This document shows positions 1 to 12,500 of a DNA stretch of 64,000 nucleotides, piece after piece. Source of the DNA: Octopus vulgaris (Eukaryota); NCBI GenBank assembly GCA_951406725.2, contig OX597818.1, positions 132,866,001 to 132,930,000 on the forward strand, written 5' to 3'. A program made the translations under genes and the position numbers. The first letter of the stretch is position 1, and each line of letters opens with the position of its first letter. The notes beneath the pieces were generated by a model. The model saw only the letters and a list, made by a program, of their open reading frames with translations. It had not been told where the DNA came from and made no database searches.

Positions 1-37
1 ATAAGCAGATAAGAACCACGAAGAATATTTCTCTTTA

Positions 38-195
38 GGCGACACTTAAGTAAAATCGTTAGAGAGTCGTACAAAATACCTTATGGTATTTCTTCTGACC
101 ACTTGCAACCAAGTTCAAACCTCATCGAAGTCAGCTTTACCTTTCATTCTTTCAGAGTACCAGTCAAGTACGGAAACCGATCTAGTCGACTAGCT
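38..195 (+). mobile_element. Degenerate copy of SINE family A
   Basis: aaatcgttagag...agttcaaacctcatcgaagtcagctttacctttcattctttc...gtaccagt matches the younger copies at 8336 and 19926 with many substitutions. Confidence 0.55.
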
Positions 196-699
196 CTTTC
201 ATTTTCCCTAAGTTTGCATTTTGCTTCCTGTCCTATTTATTTTAACAAACATCCTTTTCTATACCCCTTCATTCCATCGTTTTAATGTGCATACTTAATA
301 GAATCAATCTTTATTTATCATTTTTTAATAGTTGCTTTCTTTTTCAGTTGACCAGTAAGCATTGTATCGTAACTTGGCAGCAAGCATTGTACTGTAACTT
401 GGCCGCAACCCATTGTTTAACCTTGATTTACATCATCACCAATTCAACCCATTTTACTACAATCTTTGTGATGATGATTTTATTTGCTGTTTAGTGTATA
501 AACATCTTTTGTCTTAGTTACTACTCTGTTGACGTCTTCATAACTGAATGATTCCCCACTTTTTTTGCTTGCCGGTTGTAACTGAATAGGGTTACCGTCT
601 TTCTTTTCTCTCTACCGGTTAAGTTTGTCCTTTCTTATCATTTCGAATCTATAGATCCTCAATGGCTTCTTATATTTTACTTTGATGCATTATTATAGG

Positions 700-2140
700 T
701 GTACAAAGTAGGTCTGTTGAAAGCCTGCATCCCACATCCGACTCGTGCATGGCTTGAATTCTCAGCGGAAAATTCTGGGAAGGAAAAAGGAGCAGACTGT
801 GGTCAAAGCCCGTATGGTAGTTGTTTTCAATTCCAACTTTGATCACATGTAAACTGCGAGTTTAATCATGTGTGAAGACTCCATTTCAGTCAATCAGAAC
901 TTTTTGTTTGCTTGGTAATCTCTAGAACTTTCCTTCAACGAGAGCCTTAAATAAAACGGCTTTTAGAGCGAAAAAGCAGAGGGAATTCATATTTCATTGA
1001 ATCGGTCTTGGATGAATTTCCTCTCTCATAACTGTTTTCATAGCTCAATACTTAAACCAGCGCAATTCTCCTAATGGCCGTTTCACATCTCCATTCTCAA
1101 CCCGGAGATGGATGAAGAATTAACGCGCCATACTTAATTGCAGCAATGTGAAAAATCAGCCTAATTATCAATTACTTGTTGAAGAACTCCGGCATCTCAG
1201 AACACGATGTTCATATAAAATTGACTTTGTTTGTAGGGCATGAAACCTTGTAATAGCGCAGCGATAAGTGATGTATATAAACTGACTACAAACAGGTCTT
1301 TGTAATAACCACGCTACAACTGCTTAAGTGATTATTCTGATCAATTCTTTGTGCAGAGACATTAGATTTCCAATATGTGAGACTTCGTTACAACTTGAGT
1401 TCATATTTACTTCCGATTGATGTATGTCATATTCTTCTTGAAATTCTTTCAGTACCCACGGAGGATTGAAGAGTTAGGTGTCTCAGCAATGCTATTGGAC
1501 CAAGATCATTTTATCATTTGGCTCTTATTTGTATTAAATGCACACAGGCAGTGTGTACAGTGGTCAGGAAGCAGCTTTAGAGTGGAACTTTCTTTCCAGT
1601 AGATTTAGGGTCTTCGTCCAGCAATCATTATCAAGCCCTGTAGCGATGAACCCTTTCCACCACAGTTCAGAAAACTTTCACAATCATTGCTTGACTTAAT
1701 TCTCTGGAGTCTCTTTCCAAAGTTACGTATATCATAAAAGTGAATAGAGTAAGGCATGTCATTTGGCTCTTATTTGTATTAAATGCACACAGGCAGATAC
1801 CGTTCTACATGAAGATGTTATCAAAATTCTCAACGTATTAGGGTTTTGGAAGAATAAGAGATCTCTCCAGCTTTGAGCTCCTGTTTGAACTTCTTTGATA
1901 CAACAAGGTTGTCAAAAATGACATCAAATACTGTAATTTCGCAATCAAAAACTGTTTTGCAATGTTTAGTTGGTGTACCAACATTACAGTTGTAATTTTA
2001 TATCATTATTTTAATAAGCTGATTCTATGATTTTTTTTCTTTTTGGTGGAGATCGGGTTAAGGTAAGGTAAAAAATTTTTGAGCAAAAAAGCTAAACTCT
2101 GCATCAGTCCTCGCCTACAAAAAATTTGACCGTGCGCCTG
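700..2140 (+). mobile_element. Highly decayed hAT-type DNA transposon remnant
   Basis: Broken frames give RAWLEFS (~745), AFRA..RGN (~960), EELRHLRTRCSY (~1180, like hAT LxxTRWS) and a C-terminal KNKRSLQL* (~1850); possible terminus gaccgtgcgcctg at ~2128-2140. Confidence 0.35.
1514..1796. repeat. 207 bp copy of 2776-2989 flanked by a 38 bp direct repeat
   Basis: tcatttggctcttatttgtattaaatgcacacaggcag at 1514-1551 and 1759-1796; 1555-1761 matches 2776-2989 apart from a 6 bp indel and a few changes. Confidence 0.9.
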
Positions 2141-3312
2141 TATGCTCTGCTATTCTTTAGAGCTCTGTTTATTGTTTTCTTTGTACGTCACCTGGTTCGT
2201 TCAAATAGTATGTTGACAAAACAAAAGTCACCTAAAACACGAGCCTTTAGTTTGTTTTTTTTTTTCTTCTTGTGATCGCCCGTCTGCAAGCCCCTCTTAC
2301 AATAAACAAATAGCTTGCTTTTTTTTTGTTAAAGCTGGATTAAACTTCAACGTTTTTGAAGTAAGAAAATAAATTACGTCATAGCAAAAATACTATGTGT
2401 TTATTTAATGATGTAATAATACAATTGTAATGCTTGTTTCTTTTTATAGTATTTGCCCTCTTAATGTGTCAAGCCGTTGTATTAACAGGCCTTTTGTCAT
2501 ATTTTAACGAAAGATATAAACAACCCGTTGAAGCTTTGTTGCCGATCCAATCTGTTATGCATATACGACAGTTCATTAAAATGAAGTTTACTGCGGCACT
2601 GGAAGACACTAAACATTCTTCAAATCCAGGTACCTGAAGTGACAGCTTCTGCAGAATTTGAATATTCTGATAATGTTATAGGCTCAACAAGTTCTGCTTG
2701 AACAGATTTAGAAGACACAAATAGTTACAAGGGTAATTGCACTGTGACAAACGCCGAAAGATAAATAACCAAACGGTACAGTGGTCAGGAAGCAGAAACA
2801 GCTTTAGAGCGGAACTTTCTTTCCAGTAGATTTAGGGTCTTCGTCCAGCAATCATTATCAAGCCCTGTAGCGATGAACCCTTTCCACCACAGTTCAGAAA
2901 ACTTTCACAAACATTGCTTGACTTAATTCTCTGGAGTCTCTTTCCAAAGTTACGTAATATCATAAAAGTGAATAGAGTAAGGCATGTCAAAAAACGCTGC
3001 ATGGTGGTTTTACTAACGAATGCTCCTGCAATGCAAGTTCGTGAAAATAGGCCCTACTTATCCGTTCTGGCATCTGGTTTACAATTAAAGGCACTATAAA
3101 TGATTTTTTAAAGGTTGACAAGGGCATGGTAATGGGCGGGAAATAATGGGCCTGATATCAACACACAACAACACTATCATCAGAAAGCATGAAATGGAGG
3201 GATGTCAAAACGCAAAATATATTACATCACAGTATATTGAACGAGTTTCTTTTAGTCATGACAACCCATGGAGCAACCCAAGAAATATCTAAATCAGCTG
3301 CTTTTGCGTTAA

Positions 3313-3702
3313 TCTCTCTCCATATAAAGCTGTAGTTGTCTGTGTATGGCAGGTTTGGTAGCCTTCAACTAACACTATCTCCTCCGAGACCCTACGGCGT
3401 AAGTTGACCAAACTTGGGAGTATGATAGAAGAAGGCTTGCTCTTTATTCCGTAGAAGATAAAATTCAAATCGAACCATGTTAACACCAAAAATTATTTAC
3501 ATCAAAAATGTTCTTTTTTCTATGAAAATCCCTATTTTTTACGATCTTTTGACTGCTGTGTCGCCAGCTTTCGGTGTATTTCAACCAGAAAAATGTTCAC
3601 TTAAAGAGAATAACAAGCTACATAATGCAACATTTTTACTTTTCAAAAGTTCCAATTCTAAGGGTCGAAACAAACCCGAGCAACGCCAGGCGATACTGCT
3701 AG
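3313..3702 (+). mobile_element. Non-autonomous Helitron
   Basis: 5' TC start (a|tctctctccatataaag), 3' GC-rich hairpin-like cccgagcaacgccagg then CTAG|t, inserted between A and T, no TSD; 3' end shared with 27082-27445. Confidence 0.7.
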
Positions 3703-5457
3703 TTGTAGATAAAGCAAGTATTTTTTCTGAAAACTGAACAGCTATAGTCGATTAGATATGGCGCTGATTCTGAACTTGACACTGACTCACTTCTGCATTG
3801 TATTTTCTTGGTAATGATGTTCATTGTTCACTTGGGTGTAGCCTATTGCCATGATGCTGCCTCTCATGCACAATGAATGAGAAAATCTCCCGTCACTTCT
3901 TTACTCTAAACCTGTTGGTTTATTAGTAATTTAAATACCAGTTTACACCTAACACTTGAAACCACTCTTGGGACAGATCTAATTTACAATCGATTTCTTA
4001 TACATATTGTGCGTTATCAAGGGCCGCGCAGATGAAATCATGGAAGACAACGATTCTCGAGTTCGATCTCGCTTGCAACACTTGTATGTTTGTACTCATG
4101 ACCCACATTATTTATGGTAACATACATAAATCAAATTGCTCAAAACGTAGGAAAGACGAGGATTAACAACCTGAAAAAAATATGACATCCGTAAAATAAA
4201 TCTGTTTTAGATTTTTCTGTAACATTAAATATTCTGGGTCTGGTTAGGAAGTTAATGAATGGCATATTTACTCCTCTCCCATATTAGTATATTCTTCATC
4301 CAACCAAACAGTAGACAAAAATAAAAAAGATAGATTTAAAAAAAAAAAATTTTTTTTCTCAGCCCCGACACGATGTCTGAAGCCTGATACGAACTCGTCA
4401 CACACAGGTTATGATCTAAAGACCACGAATCCAAAATCAAAATTGATCAGCCACAACACCTTCATAAATTATTCATTAGTGTGTACATATTTCAGTATTA
4501 GCAATGTTTTATCTCACTTTCATTTAATCGAATAACTCCTATTGTTGCTATTGTTGTTGTCATTGTTATTTTTAGATATTTCATTATATTTTTGTATTTG
4601 TATATAATCTTCTAATTAGAGTTACTATCACAAGGTATTAAATAAATGTAAGTGAAGGGACAGACTTATGTTTATATATCGTATTCTTACTTGGTTCCCG
4701 TTTATAAACTCCCCACCTTTTTTTTTCGCCACATCCTTATTGCACAACTGTCTAATCATGAGCTGAACAGAAACAAATTAGTGTTGAAAATAGTTGTTTC
4801 CTAAGGGGATATATTTCACAACTTGCATCTATGCAAACTGTCAATATACACAAAAGCTCATCGAGTTTGTTTGTTTGTTTGTTTTCTACATGTTGTATGG
4901 TGTTCAATATTTGTTCCGACATTGTAGAACGTCATAAGGGTTTAATATGCAGAATAATTTATTCTAAGGGGACTTGTCTGGGACAGAGATTATAGCGACA
5001 TAAACCTTTTTTTTTTTTTTTTTTTCACTATTTTAAAAATGGCTAACATTGGGGCACCGATAGTTGAGAAATATATATTAAAAATGACAGAAAAAGCTAT
5101 CTGCCAATTTCTCCCACTAATATTGTATAAATTTATTATTATCATGAGTAGTAACAGTTGTATTATTAGTATTATCATTGTTTTATTTTCTTCTTTAAAG
5201 GACTTAATCAGCCTAAATAATAGACATCCATGTACTTTAAAGCTTTCGAGATCCAATGACAGTTCACATAGCACAGTTCTTCATACGATATTTAAAATTT
5301 ATATTTTTTTATTTTTTATTTTTTCTTAATCTCTATTTCTTGTTTGTTCTTTTTTTTTTGTTTATGTGTTGTTTTTTTTTTTAAATAACGTTTGAAATAT
5401 ATATATATATTTTTTTTATTCTTTTACCAGAATTTATATGTTGTAGTCTCGACTCAC

Positions 5458-5485
5458 CTACCCTTCTCCATCCATTTAGTTTCAT
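5458..5485 (-). CDS. Candidate coding part of a first exon (MKLNGWRRV) of an unidentified minus-strand gene
   Basis: acaATG at 5485-5483, 28 nt open, then consensus donor AG|GTGAGT at 5458/5457; upstream 5486-6630 is unique, microsatellite-studded, UTR/promoter-like sequence; no homology evidence. Confidence 0.25.
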
Positions 5486-5640
5486 TGTGCTTTCGCTATG
5501 TACACTGCCCTCCCCGCCTCTTCGGTTTCACAATAAATGGCTGTTATTCGTGTACAGCTTTTGCATGTTTGGTCATGCCCCTTTTGTCAAAACTCAGTGA
5601 TATTTTCTAAATCACGAAATGAATAACACAATCAAGGATC

Positions 5641-5840
5641 TCTTCTTCTTCTTCTTCTTCTTCTTCTTCTTCTTCTTCTTCTTCTTCTTCTTCTTCTTCT
5701 TTTTTCTTTTCTTTTTTCTTCCCCCATTACAAAATCTTTATCTCCATCTTTCTGTACTTGTTTTTATTTAATGCTAATGTCTTTTTAATTTTTATCTTTT
5801 ATAAATTTTTTTTTTTTTTTTATTAATTATTTCAAAATTT

Positions 5841-5888
<48 letters not shown>

Positions 5889-6192
5889 AACGTCTTCTTG
5901 TTTCTGTTTCACTTTGTCTTGCACCTACCCTACTCCCTACTCCCTACCCTCACTAACTTCACCACTACCACCACCACCACCACCACCGCTACAACCACCA
6001 CATCGTCCCACACACTTTCTTTAAAAGGGAGTTTTAAAATTTACAATTATCTTCCGCTTGTTTTCTTCACTTGATCTCAACTTTATGTCCCTTCTCTGTT
6101 CCTGTCTGTCTGTTTGTCAGTCTATCTGTCCGTTTCTCTCCCTTTCTCTTTCTCAAGAAGAAGAAGAAGAAGAAGAAGAAGAAGAAGAAGAA
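5641..6192. repeat. Cluster of trinucleotide microsatellites (TTC)n, (TAC)n, (CAC)n, (AAG)n
   Basis: Runs at 5641-5700, 5841-5888, ~5960-6000 and 6154-6192. Confidence 0.95.
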
Positions 6193-7239
6193 ATATTTGC
6201 ATATCTTATTCTATAAGGCATCTCAGCTGTTTAGTTTCAAACAAGAAATGCTATCCACATCAAACCATCCAAAATTAGCTTCCGATCCTAACCAAGTTTC
6301 TTTATTGTCTTTTGTTTGTATTTTTTCTTTCTTTTTTTTTTGTCTCCCACAATTAACCCTTTTCCACCATCATTCCATCGTTATGGAATCTACTCAGAAA
6401 TACGGAAGCCTGCAACTATATAACTCATCCCTAAATAGTAAAACCTTATCGAATCACCCTACTAACTATAACCCAAGTGTCCGCTTTCCTCCACAATAAT
6501 TTCAAAGTAACTGAAGTAATTATTAATTTCCACTGATGATCGACCTCGCTCTCTTTCTCTTGGAATTCCTTAATGACCATTGATTAGCCCCCACCTACTT
6601 CTTCTCCCAAATAAAAGCGGTAATTTACTCTTCAATAAGTCATACATATTTTTATTTTAGTATCGATACGTGAAAGCTAGTAAGAATAATAACGGTTATT
6701 AATTTTACATTCGACTTCTGCACAGTCACCGATTATCAGATGCTGTTCACAAAGTATTGGTATTGGTCAGTCCAAAGCTATGATAAAAGATACCTAACAA
6801 AAGTGTCAAGTCGTGAGAAAGAAATCCTAACAACGTGGTTGTGAAAGGAGTTTCTTTCTTAATCAAATAATTATACTGATTTCTAAACTTTAAAAAAAGC
6901 GTTAACGAACATGAAATTGTTGCACGCAATACGAAAACGAAAGCTTGATCTCAAGGGTCAAAAGATTTATAAAGGTAAATTAATCACAGGTCTTAGTCAT
7001 AGAAATCTGTAATGATAATGCTTGACTTTACTCAAGAGAACGATAGAATAAGCACCAGGCTTTCAAAAACAAATAGTGTTCTCGATTAATTTTACTAAAA
7101 TTCCTTCAAGGTGGTCCAGAATATATTGTATATAAAGGATGCGGAACGTTGCATCGAAAACCAGCTGGCGGAGAATCTGCCTGGGGTTAAACTAGTAGTA
7201 ACATTCACTTGCCACTTTGATATGGCAACTCGATCTACT

Positions 7240-7277
<38 letters not shown>

Positions 7278-7281
<4 letters not shown>

Positions 7282-7540
7282 ACCAAAGCCTTGTGAGTGG
7301 ATTTGGTTGACAGAAACTGAAAGAAGCCTGTCGTATATATGTACATATATATGTGTGTGTTTGTGTGTCTGTGTTTGTCCCCCCAACATCACTTCACAAC
7401 TGATGCTGGTGTGTTTATGTCTCCGTATCTTAGCGGTTCAGCAAAAGAGACTGATAGAATAAGTCCTACGGTCGATTTGCTCGACTAAAGGTGGTGCTCC
7501 AGCATGGCCGCAGTCAAATGACTGAAACAAATAAAAGAGA
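7278..7540 (+). mobile_element. SINE family B, 5'-truncated
   Basis: gccgaccaaagccttgtgagtggatttgg...ggtgctccagcatggccgcagtcaaatgactgaaacaa. Confidence 0.9.
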
Positions 7541-7904
7541 TATGGAATCATTTAAATTGATTGTTCTGTTCCTTAATCTTTTTGATATCAACTTGCCTGA
7601 ACCATTTTTGGTTCTGTGATACAAATTTTCTGTTTTAAAGTCAACTAAATAAAAATATAACTAATACATAGTCTTTGGACTAAAATTTTTACACGTAAGG
7701 CCACTGAAAATGAAAATTTTAATTAATTTCCATTTCCCTTTGATATATTGTAAGTTTTTGGATAATTTTCGGTTTTTAAAAGTTGGCATTTTTTTATTGC
7801 CGGCGAAGGGTTGGTGCTGTGCAGTAGATTTTGAAAAAATTAGGATGTATAAACAAGAGGCACATAGTTTGTTCGCCTCGTGTTTATGTATTTAACCCAA
7901 GGTG

Positions 7905-7985
7905 TTCCTGCTGAGGACGATTTCACCTAGCGAGTATATGTGATTTACTTGCTAAACTAAAATCAGAAACCAATTAGTCCAGGAA
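7905..7985 (+). ncRNA. Type I hammerhead ribozyme motif with intact core
   Basis: Stem I ttcctg/caggaa; CTGAGGA 7911-7917; long stem II (gattt/aaatc, tagcgagta/tacttgcta); GAAA 7966-7969; near-palindromic stem III ccaattag; GTC triplet ending at 7979. Confidence 0.8.
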
Positions 7986-8335
7986 ACTAGATGGTAAAAT
8001 GTTTTTATTTTCTCATTTCGTTCCTGTCGAATTTTATCCCTAATTTTGTGGTTATAGAACCAAGCTGTTCTTTCTAGCGTGTTGAATCCCTAGAGTGGAT
8101 TCCTCATGTGTTTAAATGTACACTGTATTTTATATATATATATATATATAGATATATATATATATAAAGAAAATTTCATTTTACGATAGTATAGCATCAT
8201 CGCATTTCTCCTGCTATCTGCTAAGCAACTTCTTAGACTATACTTTGCTGATGTGATTAAATATGGCCTTATACTTCCGTACTTTGCAAAAGGAGAGAAT
8301 TATCAGAGTCGTTAGAGTGTCAGAAGAAATTACTT

Positions 8336-8753
8336 CAAGGCGGTGAGCTGGCAGAAACGTTAGCGCGCCGGGCGAAATGCTTAGCGGTATTTCGTCTGCC
8401 ATTACGCTGTGAGTTCAAATTCCGCCGAGGTCGACTTTACCTTTCATCCTTTCGGGGTCGATAAATTAAGTGCCAGTTACGCACTGGGGTCGATGTAATC
8501 GACTTAATACCTATGTCTGTCCTTGTTTGTCCCCTCTGTGTTTAGCCCCTTGTGGGTAATAAAGAAATAGGTATTTCGTCTGCCGCTACGTTCTGAGTTC
8601 AAATTCCGCCGAGGTCGACTTTGCCTTTCATCCTTTCGGGGTCGATCAAATAAGTACCAGTTGCGTACTGGGGTCGATGTAATCGACTTAATCCGTTTGT
8701 CTGTCTTTGTTTGTCCCCTCTGTGTTTAGCCCTTTGTGGGTAGTAAAGAAATA
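8336..8753 (+). mobile_element. SINE family A (tRNA-derived head, duplicated body)
   Basis: A/B-box-like head ggcggtgagctggcagaaacgttagc...gagttcaaattcc; body gtcgactttgcctttcatcctttcggggtcgat twice; 14 bp TSD agaagaaattactt at 8322-8335 and 8754-8767. Confidence 0.92.
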
Positions 8754-9305
8754 AGAAGAAATTACTTATGATATTTATTTCGGCTTCCTGGTTTCTGAGT
8801 TCAAACGAGTCTAGTCCTCTCACATCCCACGTTCATTCAACAGGTTAACTTTGCTATTAGGGAACCAGACAGAACGTTTTCCGGCATTTATTCAGGCTTT
8901 TTGTGCTCTGAATTAAAATCTCATCGCGGCGTACTTGCGTAGTACACTAAAATCCGTCGCCCGCTTTAAAACGACTACTTAATTCTTGAGTGCCTTTAGC
9001 GGAGTCCTCTCTGTTTCAAACATTCAGGAAGGTGTCTGGCTTGAGGATAATTTCGTCGCTCCCACTTGTCACCAACACCGAATGATTAACCAACTTGAAA
9101 TCTATATGTGGTCACTAGCATTGTAAACAGTTGAAGCTAAATCACCCTCAAATCAGAACCTGCTGTCTTGAAAATGGGCACATTGCTTAATTTAGACCAG
9201 AGTACACAATACCCTGAATAAAGTACATATTGTCAGGGCTAGAATGCTTTTATTACATACAAGCCCAATTAAATCTAATTTAGGGCTATGCAACAACAAC
9301 AGAAT

Positions 9306-9487
9306 GGAGGCGCAATGGCCCAGTGGTTAGAGCAGCGGTCGTAAGAACGCGGTTTCGATTCCCAGACCGGGCATTGTGAGTGTTTATTGAGCAAAAACAC
9401 CTAAGCTCCATGAGGCTCCGGTGGGTAGGGGTGGTGAACCCCGCTGTACTCTTTCACCACAACTTTCTCTCACTCCTTCTTCCTACT
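9306..9487 (+). mobile_element. SINE family C, 5' part only
   Basis: ggaggcgcaatggcccagtggttag head as at 24343; ends where the 9488 element starts. Confidence 0.88.
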
Positions 9488-9775
9488 TCTGCCACAAAGC
9501 AGAGGAACTATGGTGTAGCCCATTATGGTGTGGTAAACTTTCAGACCCTAGTCTAGATTGCGAATCCTCTGTACCCGAGGATGGTTCAGCTCTCCACCCG
9601 TTAAAAGCCACCGTTTACGGAATGAGGATAACAACGTAGCTTTCGCGCCGGTACAACCGCCAGTCTATCGCGTGTGGCGGTTGGATCTTCGAGTTGCCAC
9701 ATGCATTCTTAGTAGCTTAGAGTAGGCTCGAATTAGAGATTATTTTTTGTGGCTAATGGCGTGAGACCTGATTGG
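9488..9775 (+). mobile_element. Short non-autonomous retroelement (probably RTE-derived) ending in a (GAA)n tail
   Basis: GC-richer non-coding block replacing the SINE C 3' half and running directly into the GAA array; family assignment is inference. Confidence 0.4.
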
Positions 9776-10589
9776 AAGAAGAAGAAGAAGAAGAAGAAGA
9801 AGAAGAAGAAGAAGAAGAAGAAGAAGAAGAAGAAGAAGAAGAAGAAGAAGAAGAAGAAGAAGAAGAAGAAGAAGAATGAGAAGAAGAAGAAGAAGAAGAA
9901 GAATGAGAAGAAGAAGAAGAAGAAGAAGAAGAAGAAGAAGAAGAAGAAGAAGAAGAAGAGAAGAAGAAGAAGAAGAAGAAGAAGAAGAAGAAGAAGAAGA
10001 AGAAGAAGAAGAAGAAGAAGAAGAAGAAGAAGAAGAAGAAGAAGAAGAAGAAGAAGAAGAAGAATGAGAAGAAGAAGAAGAAGAATGAGAAGAAGAAGAA
10101 GAAGAAGAAGAATGAGAAGAAGAAGAAGAAGAAGAAGAAGAAGAAGAAGAAGAATGAGAAGAAGAAGAAGAAGAATGAGAAGAAGAAGAAGAAGAAGAAG
10201 AAGAAGAAGAAGAAGAAGAAGAAGAAGAAGAAGAAGAAGAAGAAGAAGAAGAATGAGAAGAAGAAGAAGAAGAAGAAGAATGAGAAGAAGAAGAAGAAGA
10301 AGAAGAAGAAGAAGAAGAAGAAGAAGAAGAAGAAGAAGAAGAAGAAGAAGAAGAAGAATGAGAAGAAGAAGAAGAAGAATGAGAAGAAGAAGAAGAAGAA
10401 GAAGAAGAAGAAGAAGAAGAAGAATGAGAAGAAGAAGAAGAATGAAGAAGAAGAAGAAGAAGAAGAAGAAGAAGAAGAAGAAGAAGAAGAAGAAGAAGAA
10501 GAAGAAGAAGAAGAAGAAGAAGAAGAAGAAGAAGAAGAAGAAGAAGAAGAAGAAGAAGAAGAAGAAGAAGAAGAAGAAGAAGAAGAAGA
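9776..10589. repeat. ~810 bp (GAA)n array with recurring GAATGA variant
   Basis: Directly visible; source of the poly-K/R/E/F/L/S ORFs. Confidence 0.98.
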
Positions 10590-11136
10590 CAACAGAAACT
10601 TGCGGCAACATTGGTACATCCCCACCACCACCACCACCACCATCGTAAACTGCGTTGTTTTATATTTTTGATACTGTTATGTTTTCAGTCTATCTACATT
10701 TAATGAGGTTCGCCTTTCAGTATCCTCTCTTCTAAATCTTCTTCTGAATAGTGTAAAATTCCCAGTTTCAACCATGTAAGAATGACTCGCTTCAAACCGA
10801 CCTTAATTTTCCATTGACTATATAATTCTCTTACATTTGCGATTATTTTAATTCTATCAACGTTATAGATGAATGGAAATTGATATATATTCGTCCTTTC
10901 AATCTTCGAACTACGATTCCTTGTATGAAACTTTCTAGGTTTCAGGTAGATTAATTTGCTAGAAATTATTGCAGATGTTTGCAAAATTGTCACATCAGAA
11001 CAATGATTTGTTGACGAAATATAAATAGGACAAGATCAAGTATTACAATTAGGAACACGTTATTTATTAATATTACAAAATGTCGGTAAACTTCATGCAC
11101 TTATACATACATACGCTCACCTCTGCGTGCGCGTGC

Positions 11137-11176
<40 letters not shown>

Positions 11177-11599
11177 ATGCTCGCATATTTATCATTGAAT
11201 AATACAGTGCATTACATTCTAAAGTGGAATTACCTAATTCATATATATCAGAGTGTGATGCTCATATTTCATCGTACACTAATTGCCTGATTTGCTCTCA
11301 ATTTTCGATCCACAGTGGACTTCTGCTGCTATATGAGGGTCCGTTTTGCCGCTACACAAACACACACACACACACAAAGACACACACATCCTAAATCACA
11401 CCCAAAGACTCACACAACACACATGACACATTATCTCCTTGTCTATGTTATCGCTACTTTAACACTTTCTGCTCTTCTGAACTAGCCAGTTATATACACT
11501 TCTCAGCTCACAAAAATTGGACAATCAAGACTAGAACACTTTTGATTATAAATCTTCTTGGTGCCAGTTGACTTAGCATTAAACAATAACAATATTTAT

Positions 11600-11780
11600 C
11601 CGCGCTTAGCAGCATTCCGTCCGTCTTTACGTTCTGAGTTCGAATTCCGCCAAGGTTGACTTTACCTTTCTTCTTTTTGGGGGGTTGATAAAATAATTAC
11701 CAGTTGATCACAGGGTCGATGTAATCGACTTAACCCTTGTACCGAAATTGCTGGCCTTGTACCAAAAATTTGAAACCAAT
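11600..11780 (+). mobile_element. SINE family A, diverged
   Basis: acgttctgagttcgaattccgccaaggttgactttacctttc...gggtcgatgtaatcgact. Confidence 0.8.
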
Positions 11781-11882
11781 ATTTGTATTTCTTATTTCTC
11801 CGTCGGCGCCGGGTCTCACACTAACCATTATGTGCCAATCCGTATTCCGCAAAATTTCGTCCTATTGAAATTACTAATATAC

Positions 11883-11923
<41 letters not shown>

Positions 11924-11934
11924 GCACACAGCGT

Positions 11935-12170
11935 ATACATCATGGAATCCATCTACTTGTTGGTCATAAAAAAGAATTTTCGGAATGCAATCATCAGGCA
12001 TTCGAACAGCATGTCCAGTCCGTCTGCACTGAATTCTCAACAGCTTGTTTTCGATATTGGAGACATCACATTTTTCTAAAATTTTGACATTTGATACCTT
12101 ATCTTGCCATTTTATGTGGCAGAGATTGCGCAGACATTGCGCATGGGAAAGGTTTCATTACTCTTTATAT
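11935..12170 (-). mobile_element. RTE-clade LINE fragment (post-RT region)
   Basis: FHAQCLRNLCHIKWQDKVSNVKILEK...RIQCRRTGHAVRMPDDCIPKILFY, like RTE RWxGHVxRM. Confidence 0.8.
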
Positions 12171-12213
12171 GTCTGTAGTAGGAAGCCCATGATAATAATG
12201 ATAATAATAATAA

Positions 12214-12408
12214 TCCTTTCTACTGTAGGCACAAGGTCTGAAATTTCCTCACAACCCCAGTGCTCGACTGGTACTTAATTTATCGACCCCGAAAGGATGA
12301 AAGGTAAAGTCGACCTCCGCGGAATTTGAACTCTGAATGTAAAGACGGACGAAATGCCGCTAAGCATTTTGCCCGGCGTGCTAACGATCCTGCCGACTCA
12401 CAGCCTTA
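12214..12408 (-). mobile_element. SINE family A
   Basis: Reverse complement of family A head and central domain. Confidence 0.85.
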
Positions 12409-12433
12409 AATAATAATAATAATAATAATAATG

Positions 12434-12470
<37 letters not shown>

Positions 12471-12500
12471 TAATAATAATAATTATTATTATTATTATTA

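Noticed and set aside
2540-3100. Possible piggyBac-like transposase remnant (RHVKKRCMVV)
   Set aside because: Only a vague resemblance, with no catalytic motif or TTAA-bounded termini identified
6532-6560. CTGATGA at ~6533 (also at 17549 and 29656)
   Set aside because: No downstream GAAA and stem arrangement; chance heptamers
9733-10648. 290-300 aa ORFs of poly-K/R/F/L/S
   Set aside because: Translations of the (GAA)n array on both strands; no coding signal
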